64,000 nt of DNA, from NCBI GenBank assembly GCA_012517285.1, contig JAAYVG010000034.1, positions 41,483 through 105,482 of the forward strand, read 5' to 3'. The stretch comes from Elusimicrobiota bacterium. Its GTDB lineage: Bacteria; Elusimicrobiota; Elusimicrobia; Elusimicrobiales; UBA9959. This document shows, in pieces, positions 55,652 through 64,000 of this stretch (the stretch's first letter is position 1; every line of letters begins with the position of its first letter). Under the pieces are notes generated by a model, which was not told the DNA's origin, ran no database searches, and worked only from the letters and a program-made list of their open reading frames with translations. A program made the translations under genes and the position numbers.

Positions 55652-56925
55652 ATTTCCTCCTCATTTTCTATTTCAATATTTTTTGTCCATCTTTTTCCTG
55701 TCATAAGATTTTGTCCAGCAAATTTTATAAGTTCATTTATATCATTTGACCATGATTCAAAATTACTGTGTATGACCCTGCCAATATATAATTCTCTTAA
55801 TTTTTTTAAGTTTGGTATTCGGTATATAGCAGAGTTATATATCTGATATCTCGGGTCTCCTAATTTCTCATCTGAAATTAATATTGGCATTCTTCTGAAA
55901 TTGATATCTGTCATGGCTGTATTAAAAAAAGATAAAAAATCATCAAAGGATGTGTTACACCTGTAAAAATAAGAAGCGCGATTATCAGTTTCATTTTTAC
56001 TTTTAGTATCAATTGAGAATGATTCAAAAACCGCCACCAGATTTTCATTAGTTTTTATAAAAAAGAGAAATATAAAACAGTCTCCGCTCATTTTTCCCAT
56101 CAATCCTTTCTTTATTCCAAAAGATATTTTATCCTTTTCAGATATAGAAAATAAATATTGAAATTCTTTTGTGTCTGTTTCATTGGAGCATATTCTTTTT
56201 TCAAGATTAGTAAAGAATTCCGGAAGAGATTTTTCTATTTCAGATATTTTAATAAGTTTCCCCTCGTTAATTTTTTTTGAGGCAGTTCTGATTGAAAATG
56301 AGTCCGCCTGTGGCATAAAACTTGAAATAATATTTTGAACCATTATATCAAGTAAATTTATCTGGGTATGAAGACTTTCTTTGAAATAATCAAAGTTTTT
56401 CCCTAACTCTGATATTTCAAGTCTCTCTCCATTCTCTATTGTTATTTCAATTGAATAATCACCCTCCTTTATTTTATCTATAAATTTTAATGGTAATCTA
56501 ATAAAGTTATGAGTGTCTGGAAAAACAACAAGAGAAGTTTCATATATATGCAATTCAGCCTTATCTTTGAATGATTTATCCATTGAATAATAGGAAATAG
56601 ATGCTTCAGTTATAGACTTTTTCAGTGGTTCATCAACCATATCAATTTTTATAAGTCTTTCATTTCTGAATTTAGAGGCAAGTCGTATAAAATCTTCAAA
56701 TTTATATCCTAATGATTTTATTTCAATAACCTTACCACATATTAGAGTAATATAAACTTTATAATTTTCATAAAAAATAGTAGTTATCTCCTGCCAGTGT
56801 ATAGATAGAGCTTGTTTAGTTTTAGGGAATATACTCAATGATTCTTCTCCGAACAAAATAACAGATGAATCTTCTTCAATTTTTTCATTATTTAAATATA
56901 AAGAATATTCTGCTTCAAATTTCAT
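55609..56925 (-). CDS. Hypothetical 438-aa protein with an N-terminal tandem duplicated (PH-like?) domain
   Basis: Internal repeat: aa 21-92 versus aa 120-190, sharing SLxxFPxT...I...Y.I.IT...G..xEIxxLGxxFxxF. TAATG coupling with the upstream lipoprotein gene. Confidence 0.6.
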   Translation of the reverse strand: MKFEAEYSLYLNNEKIEEDSSVILFGEESLSIFPKTKQALSIHWQEITTIFYENYKVYITLICGKVIEIKSLGYKFEDFIRLASKFRNERLIKIDMVDEPLKKSITEASISYYSMDKSFKDKAELHIYETSLVVFPDTHNFIRLPLKFIDKIKEGDYSIEITIENGERLEISELGKNFDYFKESLHTQINLLDIMVQNIISSFMPQADSFSIRTASKKINEGKLIKISEIEKSLPEFFTNLEKRICSNETDTKEFQYLFSISEKDKISFGIKKGLMGKMSGDCFIFLFFIKTNENLVAVFESFSIDTKSKNETDNRASYFYRCNTSFDDFLSFFNTAMTDINFRRMPILISDEKLGDPRYQIYNSAIYRIPNLKKLRELYIGRVIHSNFESWSNDINELIKFAGQNLMTGKRWTKNIEIENEEEICQDTNTHADTATN

Positions 56926-57332
56926 TACTTCACCCAGATATATTCCACAGTTGTTTTAACCCCTTTATATTCAACCACTATTTCCGATGTTCCTTCCCTT
57001 ATACCCTTAACAGAAACTATATCTCCTTCAGTTGGATCTATTTCTATTATTTCAGATTTACTTGCTGTCCATTTTGGTTTTATTTTTATTGATCTATTGT
57101 TTGAATCTTTTCCCTGAGCACTTAGAATTGCTGTTCCACCTATTCCGATGGATAGTCCATTTGCCAAAGCTCCTGTTTGACCAAGAGCCACATTGCCCGA
57201 ATAAACCATTATTCTGGCTAATGGACCATGATGCAAGACATCTTCAATTGGTGGAGTATCTTTCCTTAGATCTTTTGAGCATGAAGTAAAAAAGAAGAAA
57301 ATAAAAGATAAAATTAAGAGATTTCTTCCCAT
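56925..57332 (-). CDS. Lipoprotein with a bacterial Ig-like (Big_2-type) domain
   Basis: Lipobox FFFTSC. C-terminal SEIIEIDPTEGDIVSVKGIREGTSEIVVEYKGVKTTV. GGGGGAGGG RBS. Confidence 0.65.
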   Translation of the reverse strand: MGRNLLILSFIFFFFTSCSKDLRKDTPPIEDVLHHGPLARIMVYSGNVALGQTGALANGLSIGIGGTAILSAQGKDSNNRSIKIKPKWTASKSEIIEIDPTEGDIVSVKGIREGTSEIVVEYKGVKTTVEYIWVK

Positions 57333-57505
57333 AATCCCTCCCCCTTTTTAAAAATATCTTGCAAGCCCTTTTCCCAATACTCATTTAAGCTATCTACTAA
57401 GAGCTATGTTCCTTTTGATATTTATTCCAAATCTTTAAAAATCACACAAAAAAAACAATACAAGCTAAATTTTATCTTTCAAATATTTATTTTCTATACA
57501 TTTTT

Positions 57506-58249
57506 TCAAGTTTTCTTAAGTTTTACTGCTTTAAAAAATATTTTTTCACAGATAAAGTATATAAGAAGTCCTAATATAATCCAGTTTGTGGCATAAAAAT
57601 ACTCTCCTTTAGAGTATTTTACGAGTGTATCAAACCTGCCATAAAGAAGTGAAAATCTTGCCATAACAGTGTTGCCAAATGATGCTCCAAAGTATATCAT
57701 AAGAAAATAAACTCCAAAGGCTGATACCTTTTTAATGGCACCCTTGTGTTCAACTGAAAAGAAAAAGTAAAATAAAACTGATAGAGTACCTATTAGTATT
57801 ATTATAGCGTTTATCATTGCTCCCGCAGAAAGAGAAAAAAAGTTTGCAAATGGTTCGATGGTTCCAACTATCTGGTTCATAAAATCAGTTGCAAGTCCTG
57901 CTGGAAGTATAAGTCCCGCACCGTAGCCCATAAGAAATGTAAAACCATATCTTGATATCCATGATATCTTTGGTATGAACTGAGTTATCAGTGAAAGGCC
58001 TAAAACTGTAGGTATTAAAACAAGCCACATATTAACCCAATCTCCTGCCTTTATCGTGTCAACAAGTGGTTTGTAAACCTTTGGTATTATAACAGAGTAT
58101 GTGTATAGCTGTATAAACCACGCCATTCCTACTCCGACATACAGATGCTCAGCAGCCCTGTAGAACGGATTATCCTTGTATAGAAATGAAAATATAAAGA
58201 GCGTCATTCCCGCAGCAACCCATGCTCCTAAAACTAAAGATAATTCCAT
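57506..58249 (-). CDS. Hypothetical polytopic membrane protein (about 7 TM)
   Basis: Hydrophobic helices throughout. Fourth gene of a tightly packed four-gene set. Confidence 0.55.
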   Translation of the reverse strand: MELSLVLGAWVAAGMTLFIFSFLYKDNPFYRAAEHLYVGVGMAWFIQLYTYSVIIPKVYKPLVDTIKAGDWVNMWLVLIPTVLGLSLITQFIPKISWISRYGFTFLMGYGAGLILPAGLATDFMNQIVGTIEPFANFFSLSAGAMINAIIILIGTLSVLFYFFFSVEHKGAIKKVSAFGVYFLMIYFGASFGNTVMARFSLLYGRFDTLVKYSKGEYFYATNWIILGLLIYFICEKIFFKAVKLKKT

Positions 58250-58261
58250 AAATCTCTCCTT

Positions 58262-59086
58262 TTAAATAAACTTAAGTACAAGAAGAATAATATTTGAAAA
58301 TATTATAAAAAATATAACAAGAAGATGTGCAATATTCAATGCATCTATACCGCTTGTAGCTTTAGCCTGTTCATTCGTAAGTCTTTCATACTCAGATGCA
58401 CCCTTCATTCCACCTATAAGACCTTTTATTTGCTTTTTCTGCAGATATGGTCCAAGTCCAACCTGACTTATTGCTGTAACCCCTCCGAGTATTGGAAGGT
58501 TGTATTTATCACCAACAAGTGGTAGCCATGCCCCGTCTAACAATGCAGTTCCTGTTATATCTATTGATGCTGCAAAATCTTTATAGTTTTTTATGTTTTT
58601 CATCATCTCGTAATCTTTAAGTGGTTTATTGTTTATATCTTTATCATATATTGCATACATATCAGAAGCCATCTGAGTCAAAACTGCTGTGAAGTTGGGC
58701 ATATATGGAAGAACAACATAATCCTTACCATAAACCTTACCATACTGTGGAGGAATTGTTCTAACAAGCTCATCCATAAGCCCACCAGATCCTGCTATAA
58801 AGGTAAGTATAACAACCTTTATATTCTTCTTAAAAAGATGTTTCATAACTGCTGTAGCTTGTGGATGAAGCTCTGGGGCAGTTGATGGATCATAATCAAT
58901 ACCCAAAAAAACTGTAGAACCAGCTGGTATTTTTTCAATAAAGTCATACATATTCTGAACCGATGATGATATGGATGAAGATGAGATACCTATAGGCTTT
59001 ATTATAGGTATGAGTATTGAAAGAGATAATAAGAGAAATAACCATCTCCTGTCTATCTTTAATATTTTATTGAGTGTGTCTTTCAT
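58262..59086 (-). CDS. Hypothetical bitopic protein (N- and C-terminal TM anchors with a central soluble domain)
   Basis: TM at RRWLFLLLSLSILIPII and at IAHLLVIFFIIFSNIILLVL. The central ~200 aa is alpha/beta-like. Confidence 0.55.
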   Translation of the reverse strand: MKDTLNKILKIDRRWLFLLLSLSILIPIIKPIGISSSSISSSVQNMYDFIEKIPAGSTVFLGIDYDPSTAPELHPQATAVMKHLFKKNIKVVILTFIAGSGGLMDELVRTIPPQYGKVYGKDYVVLPYMPNFTAVLTQMASDMYAIYDKDINNKPLKDYEMMKNIKNYKDFAASIDITGTALLDGAWLPLVGDKYNLPILGGVTAISQVGLGPYLQKKQIKGLIGGMKGASEYERLTNEQAKATSGIDALNIAHLLVIFFIIFSNIILLVLKFI

Positions 59087-59097
59087 TTATTTACTCC

Positions 59098-59766
59098 TTA
59101 ATCCTTTCCCATATAACCGCGTTCTATACCAAATATTATCTTTAAAGATGTTACTGCTGCGCCAACAGAAACACCTATTAGTATTCCTCTTTTACCTGCT
59201 GTAGATGGAACATTCATAACCCAGTCTTTTATGGATGCTATTGATGTATGAGTCCATCCCAACAACTTACTCCATATCAGATCTCCAAGAGGTATATTCC
59301 CTAACATAAGTATAAGTCCAGCGATAAACAACAAAAACGCTGATGATGATTTTATCCTGAAAGACCTGTATGCTGTTGATATTATATAAAACGCAAGAAC
59401 TGAAAACATCGTTGCACTCAAGGGATTGTATATATAGTTGAATCCCCAGCCAAGCGCTGTCATCTGTCCTTCATCAGATATTTTTCCATTAGCTACTATT
59501 GCAAGAACTATCATTACTATAAACCCTAAATACACAAACAAGCTGTATCCCCAGCCATCAACCTTTTTAACTATTTTATTGTAGTGGCTGTAGAGCAAGC
59601 TTATAGCTCCTAAAAAAAGTGAGAAAGCAAACACAATATTTTCCCATACGCTTATCTGCTCCATATAGCTTTCTGATACTCTGTGTGGAACATAGTAAGA
59701 AGCAAGTGTTACTATGCCAAACACAAAGACAAGTGCAAGTGGTATGTATTTTTTGAATATGTTCAT
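59098..59766 (-). CDS. Hypothetical polytopic membrane protein (about 6 TM)
   Basis: Hydrophobic helices. Its start codon lies 1 nt after the stop codon of the upstream gene. Confidence 0.55.
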   Translation of the reverse strand: MNIFKKYIPLALVFVFGIVTLASYYVPHRVSESYMEQISVWENIVFAFSLFLGAISLLYSHYNKIVKKVDGWGYSLFVYLGFIVMIVLAIVANGKISDEGQMTALGWGFNYIYNPLSATMFSVLAFYIISTAYRSFRIKSSSAFLLFIAGLILMLGNIPLGDLIWSKLLGWTHTSIASIKDWVMNVPSTAGKRGILIGVSVGAAVTSLKIIFGIERGYMGKD

Positions 59767-59767
59767 A

Positions 59768-61042
59768 TTATTTTACCCTCAGTATATCAAGTATTTTTCC
59801 TATCATATCAATATTTCCTGTTTTTGACATTATGAGGAAAGTTATTGAAAGGACGGTTGCAAGAATTATAAAGAGCAGTTTACCAAAATCCTGAATCTTT
59901 AAGGCGCTTACAAGCATTGGTTCCTTTGATATATACGCTCCTGCAGCATAGAGTTCCTCTCCTATCAATGTATAATCACATGCTGTCACGAAGAAAGGAA
60001 GCTGATGATCAACATCTGTTCCTGCTATCTGTATTGCCCCGCTTGATGCTCCAACTTCAGCAAGAAGTAGTGATTCAGCCATAAAATATCCCATATAAAA
60101 GCATGCTGCTGGCTTTTCTCTGGTTATCATTCCGTCTATCGCAGCTGCATAAGCAAACTGATCACTTGTCACGTATACATTTATATCATCTCTGTAAGAA
60201 TCAGGTCTTTCAGCCTCAATATAGGATTGTTTAACAGTTTCTTTTGCAACGGTATAAACTATTGGATCATAGTGTGGAACTTTTATAGTCGAGTCATACT
60301 GTGCTATTTTTTTTGAAACCTCACCCAAAATAAAAACGGATGCTATGGTGGATATGCTTGACATCCCACCAATTCCAGGAACATATATAACAGGCTTTCC
60401 CATCTCTGTTGCCCTTCCGACTGCCTCATCGATGGCATCAAGACCTGGTATCTTTCTTATAAAAAGATCCCTTTTCTTTGCATGTGATACCACAACAAAA
60501 AATATTACAGTTATGAGCAATACAAGAACAAAGTTATTTATTCTCTCTTTTCTAAACCAGTTCCCATGAGGTTTTCCATTCACTATCTGTGATTTAAAAC
60601 TCTTATTCTTTGATACCGACTTAATCTTTGCATAAAGATTGATATTCTTTATATCCTCATTAAAATATTTATCTTCTTCTAATCCAAACACTTTAACCAA
60701 ATTTACTGGAAAAGCAAACCTGTTCTCAGTATTTTCCCAGACCCAAAAAGGAAGAGATATTGGCTCAGGCTTATCTTCAGATTTTATCTCCTTAAACTTT
60801 ACCCAGTTGGTCTCATTGGTTGATAGATAAAGCTCATAGTTCATATCACTATTTTCTTTATCCCATACAACTATTACAGAATCCCCTCGATCGCTCGGAA
60901 AATCTAAAACCTCAAAATTTTTTATCTCTAATTTTTGAAGTTCATTTTTTGAGGTTTTGTTAGCTCCGTAGATTGAAGGAACGGTAAATAAAAACACTAT
61001 TAAAATTAGCAGTTTATTTCTCATATTAATTAAGTATAACAT
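59768..61042 (-). CDS. Hypothetical membrane protein: signal peptide, ~150-aa exported beta-rich domain, TM, then a ~230-aa conserved-looking domain with hydrophobic segments
   Basis: Signal LLILIVFLFTVPSIYG, TM FVLVLLITVIFFVVV, then IPGLDAIDEAVGRATEMGKPVIYVPGIGG... and a terminal TM. An alternative start lies at 61024. Confidence 0.55.
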   Translation of the reverse strand: MLYLINMRNKLLILIVFLFTVPSIYGANKTSKNELQKLEIKNFEVLDFPSDRGDSVIVVWDKENSDMNYELYLSTNETNWVKFKEIKSEDKPEPISLPFWVWENTENRFAFPVNLVKVFGLEEDKYFNEDIKNINLYAKIKSVSKNKSFKSQIVNGKPHGNWFRKERINNFVLVLLITVIFFVVVSHAKKRDLFIRKIPGLDAIDEAVGRATEMGKPVIYVPGIGGMSSISTIASVFILGEVSKKIAQYDSTIKVPHYDPIVYTVAKETVKQSYIEAERPDSYRDDINVYVTSDQFAYAAAIDGMITREKPAACFYMGYFMAESLLLAEVGASSGAIQIAGTDVDHQLPFFVTACDYTLIGEELYAAGAYISKEPMLVSALKIQDFGKLLFIILATVLSITFLIMSKTGNIDMIGKILDILRVK

Positions 61043-61085
61043 TTTTTATTTTTTAAAATCAAGAAAAATATTTATTCTTTTATAA

Positions 61086-61922
61086 TTATTTTATCGTTGC
61101 CTTTTCTCTTAACTGATTTATAAGCTGTTGTCTTCCATTTTGTATCTGTGATGATTTGATCAGCTCTTTTATCTTTTCCTTGACATCTTCAAATTTTAAT
61201 TTGTTATGTTCTCTCTTTTCTTCCACTTTAAATATTGAATATCCATTGCCTGTTTTGACTGGTTTTGTGTATTTACCAATAGGAGTTAAAAATATTTCAT
61301 TTTCTATATCAGGAAGAAGCATTCCTTTTGAAATAAAACCTATATCACCCTTTGACTGCCTTAGCCTTTCATCAGCAGACTTGATTTCTGCTAATCTTTC
61401 AAAGCTCGCACCGGCATCAAGAGCAATTAATATATCCTTTGCTTCCTGCTCAGTGTTTACATATATTTGTCTTATTTTTAGAGCTTCTGGTATATCAAAC
61501 TGAGATGGATTTGAGTCATAATATTTTTTAGCATCTTCATCAGTAGGGTTTATATTGAGTATAGTGATTATTGCTTTTTCTATGAGCAGATTGGTTTCTA
61601 TCATGGAGTAATAATCTTTTTCTGATATGCCAATTCTTTTAAGCTCTTTCTTAAAATCATCTTCCTTTGTAAATCTCTGTTTTATCTGGTTTATAGCCTT
61701 ATTAAGTTCATCCTTTGAAACCGATATGTTTCTTTTTTTTGCTTCTTGAATTATAAGCTTATCACCTATTGCTTCATCAAGTGTTTTGGCAAAATAATTT
61801 AATGTCATCCTGTTCTTTATTTCATCCATCGTTATCTTTTCACCATTAACAGTAGATATAACATTCGTTTGTGAGTTTAACAATCCTCCAAACATCATTA
61901 TAAACATACATAATTTAATCAT
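61086..61922 (-). CDS. SurA/PrsA-like parvulin-type peptidyl-prolyl isomerase
   Basis: Signal peptide and a SurA_N-like helical region, then IRQIYV...GDIGFISKGMLLPDIENEIF...GYSIFKVEEK (PpiC rotamase). Confidence 0.8.
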   Translation of the reverse strand: MIKLCMFIMMFGGLLNSQTNVISTVNGEKITMDEIKNRMTLNYFAKTLDEAIGDKLIIQEAKKRNISVSKDELNKAINQIKQRFTKEDDFKKELKRIGISEKDYYSMIETNLLIEKAIITILNINPTDEDAKKYYDSNPSQFDIPEALKIRQIYVNTEQEAKDILIALDAGASFERLAEIKSADERLRQSKGDIGFISKGMLLPDIENEIFLTPIGKYTKPVKTGNGYSIFKVEEKREHNKLKFEDVKEKIKELIKSSQIQNGRQQLINQLREKATIK

Positions 61923-61940
61923 AATACCTCCTATAAAATA

Positions 61941-62078
61941 GTGGTCAGTGGTTAGTGATCAGTGGTCAGTGCCTCCTGCCGAAGCCGCTTCGGCGCAGGC
62001 AGGGTCAGTGGTCAGCAAAACCAAAACAGTGGTCAGTGAGCAGTAAATAGTGAACAGTTAAATAAGGTAATTTCCTTA
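61941..62078. repeat. Composite repeat: GTGRTYA heptamers, GC palindrome, CAG-anchored heptamers and a core variant
   Basis: GTGGTCA GTGGTTA GTGATCA GTGGTCA at 61941-61968. CCTCCTGCCGAAGCCGCTTCGGCGCAGGCAGGG at 61972-62004. 8 phased units at 62004-62059. AAATAAGGTAATTTCCTTA at 62060-62078. Confidence 0.85.
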
Positions 62079-62167
62079 TAAACTAATCATTGTTCACTAT
62101 CAATTATCTGTTGTTCTGCCTTACTAAACAACTAATTTGCTTCTGTCTTTCTTTAATCTTATCTTTT

Positions 62168-63205
62168 TTATTTGTCAATATAAACTTTATATGTCGGATA
62201 TGAAAATTTAATATCATTATTCTTAAATGATTTTACAATATCATTCAATATGTTTTCATGCAGACTCATATAATAGTTATAATCAGGTGAGAGAATATAA
62301 TAAACAAACTCAAAATCTATTGAATAGTTGTTAAATTTTATTAAATTTGCCCTGTCAAATTTAGTATCCTTAAATTTATTAACTGATTCCTTTATTATAT
62401 TTGGTATTATCTTTAATTTTTCAAGCGGAGTTGCATATTCAACCGTTATAGTTGTCAAAACACGCCTTTCTTTCATGTCTGAGAAGTTCTGTATTATTTC
62501 AGACATTATTTTAGAGTTTGTCATTATTAATAGCTCACCACTTAATGTTCTTATCTTTGTAGATTTAAGACCTATTTCTTCCACTGTTCCTGAGAGATTT
62601 TGGGATGGGATAACTATAAAATCACCTATTTTAAATGGCTTATCAAGAACTATAACAAAGAAGTTGAACATATCACCAAATATTGTTTGAGCGGCAAGAG
62701 CTAATGCTACACCACCTATACCGAGCCCTGCTAAAAGCGATCCTATTTTAACATTTGCGTTGTGAAGCAAAAAAAGTATTGCGATTATCCATAAAAAAAT
62801 TCTAAACCCTACCTTTACAGCTCCAATAGATCTCTGATAATCTTTTCCTGAAATATCGTTCAGCCAGAAATCAATTATTTTTTCAAGCGATGCTGTTATC
62901 CTGAATGTGATTATAATAAGCAGTATCCAGTATATAAGAGTATCTAATTTTGTATTTATTACAAGATGCCTTGTAGCTATATAAAATGCAACATATTGGT
63001 ATTCAAACCATTTTATACCTTTTATTATCTCTACAAAAAGGTCATCAAGTGTCGTGTTTGTTCTGGATGATATCTTCTCTATTCTTTCTATTCCCTTTGA
63101 TTTGAAATAATAAAGCAGCTCAGTTATTATAAAAAAAGTTATTATGGAAATAATATAATTTAGAACGGTGTTATTAAGTATAATGTAACTCAAAAATGCA
63201 CTCAT
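62168..63205 (-). CDS. Mechanosensitive ion channel (MscS family)
   Basis: TM helices followed by FKIGDFIVIPSQNLSGTVEEIGLKSTKIRTLSGELLIMTNSKI. Confidence 0.85.
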   Translation of the reverse strand: MSAFLSYIILNNTVLNYIISIITFFIITELLYYFKSKGIERIEKISSRTNTTLDDLFVEIIKGIKWFEYQYVAFYIATRHLVINTKLDTLIYWILLIIITFRITASLEKIIDFWLNDISGKDYQRSIGAVKVGFRIFLWIIAILFLLHNANVKIGSLLAGLGIGGVALALAAQTIFGDMFNFFVIVLDKPFKIGDFIVIPSQNLSGTVEEIGLKSTKIRTLSGELLIMTNSKIMSEIIQNFSDMKERRVLTTITVEYATPLEKLKIIPNIIKESVNKFKDTKFDRANLIKFNNYSIDFEFVYYILSPDYNYYMSLHENILNDIVKSFKNNDIKFSYPTYKVYIDK

Positions 63206-63310
63206 AAGTAGAATTATATAAAAAAAATATAAATTATAAAACTAAATTAAAATACTTTACCAAGCAAACAAGCTTTTATAATAAAAAAAGGATACAAGAT
63301 ATATCGAAAA

Positions 63311-64000
63311 TTAACTAAATGATAAAGTTTTTATATTAACTTTTGTATGCGGAATTAAAAGTGTGGTAAAATTATCAAGATTTTTTATTAGTCGTCCTAT
63401 ATCCTTTATATTGCCACTTTTTATAGAACTTTTTATATTGAAGCTTTTAATTGTAATAAGATAAAATTTATCTTTTTGTTTGTATATACTTTTTATAAAT
63501 TCTAAGTGTTTATTATTAATAAAGTCAGGATAGTACAATATTAAATCATAATAAGTTAATTTTTTGTTAAAAGAAAACAACATGTCTGGATGTGAAATAA
63601 GTAAGACATTATCGCTAAAGATGTTAAGTTTCATTGTAACATCATTTATTAAATAGTCAAAGGTAGATATTCCTGGCGTTATTATAACATCTGTCAAATT
63701 ATTTTTTTTAGCAAATTCTGATACTACATTTGCCATAGGAGGATTTAAGAATAAAGGATTACCATTAGTTAATATTGATATAGTATTGTATTTACTAAAT
63801 AGTTTTTTCAGTATAGTGTTAAGATATTTACCATATGATGTTCCTTTTTTAATCATAAATTTATCATTTGTGCTTATAACATTTTTTATTCCAAGTTGCA
63901 TTAACTCTTTTTCCGCAAGTATATTATTTATAACTATTTGTGATTTTTTGAGAATATCTAAGGTTTTAAATGTTAAATCTCCTTTATTCATCCCTGCTGA
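63311..64000 (-). CDS. Tetrapyrrole (corrin/porphyrin) methylase-superfamily SAM-dependent methyltransferase, 5'-truncated by the window edge
   Basis: The frame is open to the window end (..SAGMNKGDLTFKTL resembles GxGxGxxDLLT). Also NGNPLF (GDP-like) and ITPGIST (PGxSS-like). Confidence 0.55.
   Translation of the reverse strand, partial: SAGMNKGDLTFKTLDILKKSQIVINNILAEKELMQLGIKNVISTNDKFMIKKGTSYGKYLNTILKKLFSKYNTISILTNGNPLFLNPPMANVVSEFAKKNNLTDVIITPGISTFDYLINDVTMKLNIFSDNVLLISHPDMLFSFNKKLTYYDLILYYPDFINNKHLEFIKSIYKQKDKFYLITIKSFNIKSSIKSGNIKDIGRLIKNLDNFTTLLIPHTKVNIKTLSFS

Overview
This is a visibly AT-rich, gene-dense bacterial chromosomal segment with about 60 credible CDS and 2 tRNA genes. From about 5.1 kb onward nearly everything is on the minus strand, in long, translationally coupled operons.

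Most of the content is housekeeping:
- Translation and tRNA functions: smpB, hflX-miaA, miaB, dtd, cca.
- Lipid synthesis: plsY.
- Central carbon metabolism: an rpiB / tal-pgi / pyk block.
- Polyamine genes: speH-speE.
- Folate genes: folP, a folK-folC fusion, folE.
- Transport: an Opp/Dpp-like ABC operon, an MFS transporter and an MscS channel.

Envelope and surface content:
- A PilB-like ATPase, one type IV pilin and a PilZ protein.
- A complete MoxR-DUF58-VWA-BatABCDE-type operon.
- A 1949-aa Kelch/FN3 surface protein with a T9SS/FlgD-Ig-like C-terminal sorting domain, next to a PorV/FadL-like barrel.

I found no rRNA, CRISPR array, cas gene, transposase, integrase, reverse transcriptase or recognisable defence or toxin-antitoxin gene. 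The lineage cannot be determined from sequence alone. The gene mix suggests a diderm, possibly from an FCB-like or candidate phylum.

The most unusual things are:
1. A GC-enriched, highly structured ~340-nt segment after tRNA-Leu, containing a tandemly duplicated three-way-junction module. It is a candidate novel ncRNA.
2. A modular family of dispersed intergenic repeats. Its parts are a 33-nt GC palindrome, CAG/CTG-anchored phased heptamer arrays, an SD/anti-SD-like core, and a head-arm-head element that brackets dtd.
3. Two adjacent uncharacterised operons at 54.3-61.0 kb. One encodes four membrane proteins. The other encodes an Ig-like lipoprotein, a tandem PH-like-domain protein, two multi-zinc-ribbon proteins and a Cys-rich small protein.
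4. An orphan GlmL/MutL-like ASKHA ATPase paired with a barrel-sandwich/KOW-like protein, with no mutase genes nearby.

All functional calls rest on motifs I could read in the translations. No database search was possible, and the boundaries of RNA and repeat features are approximate.
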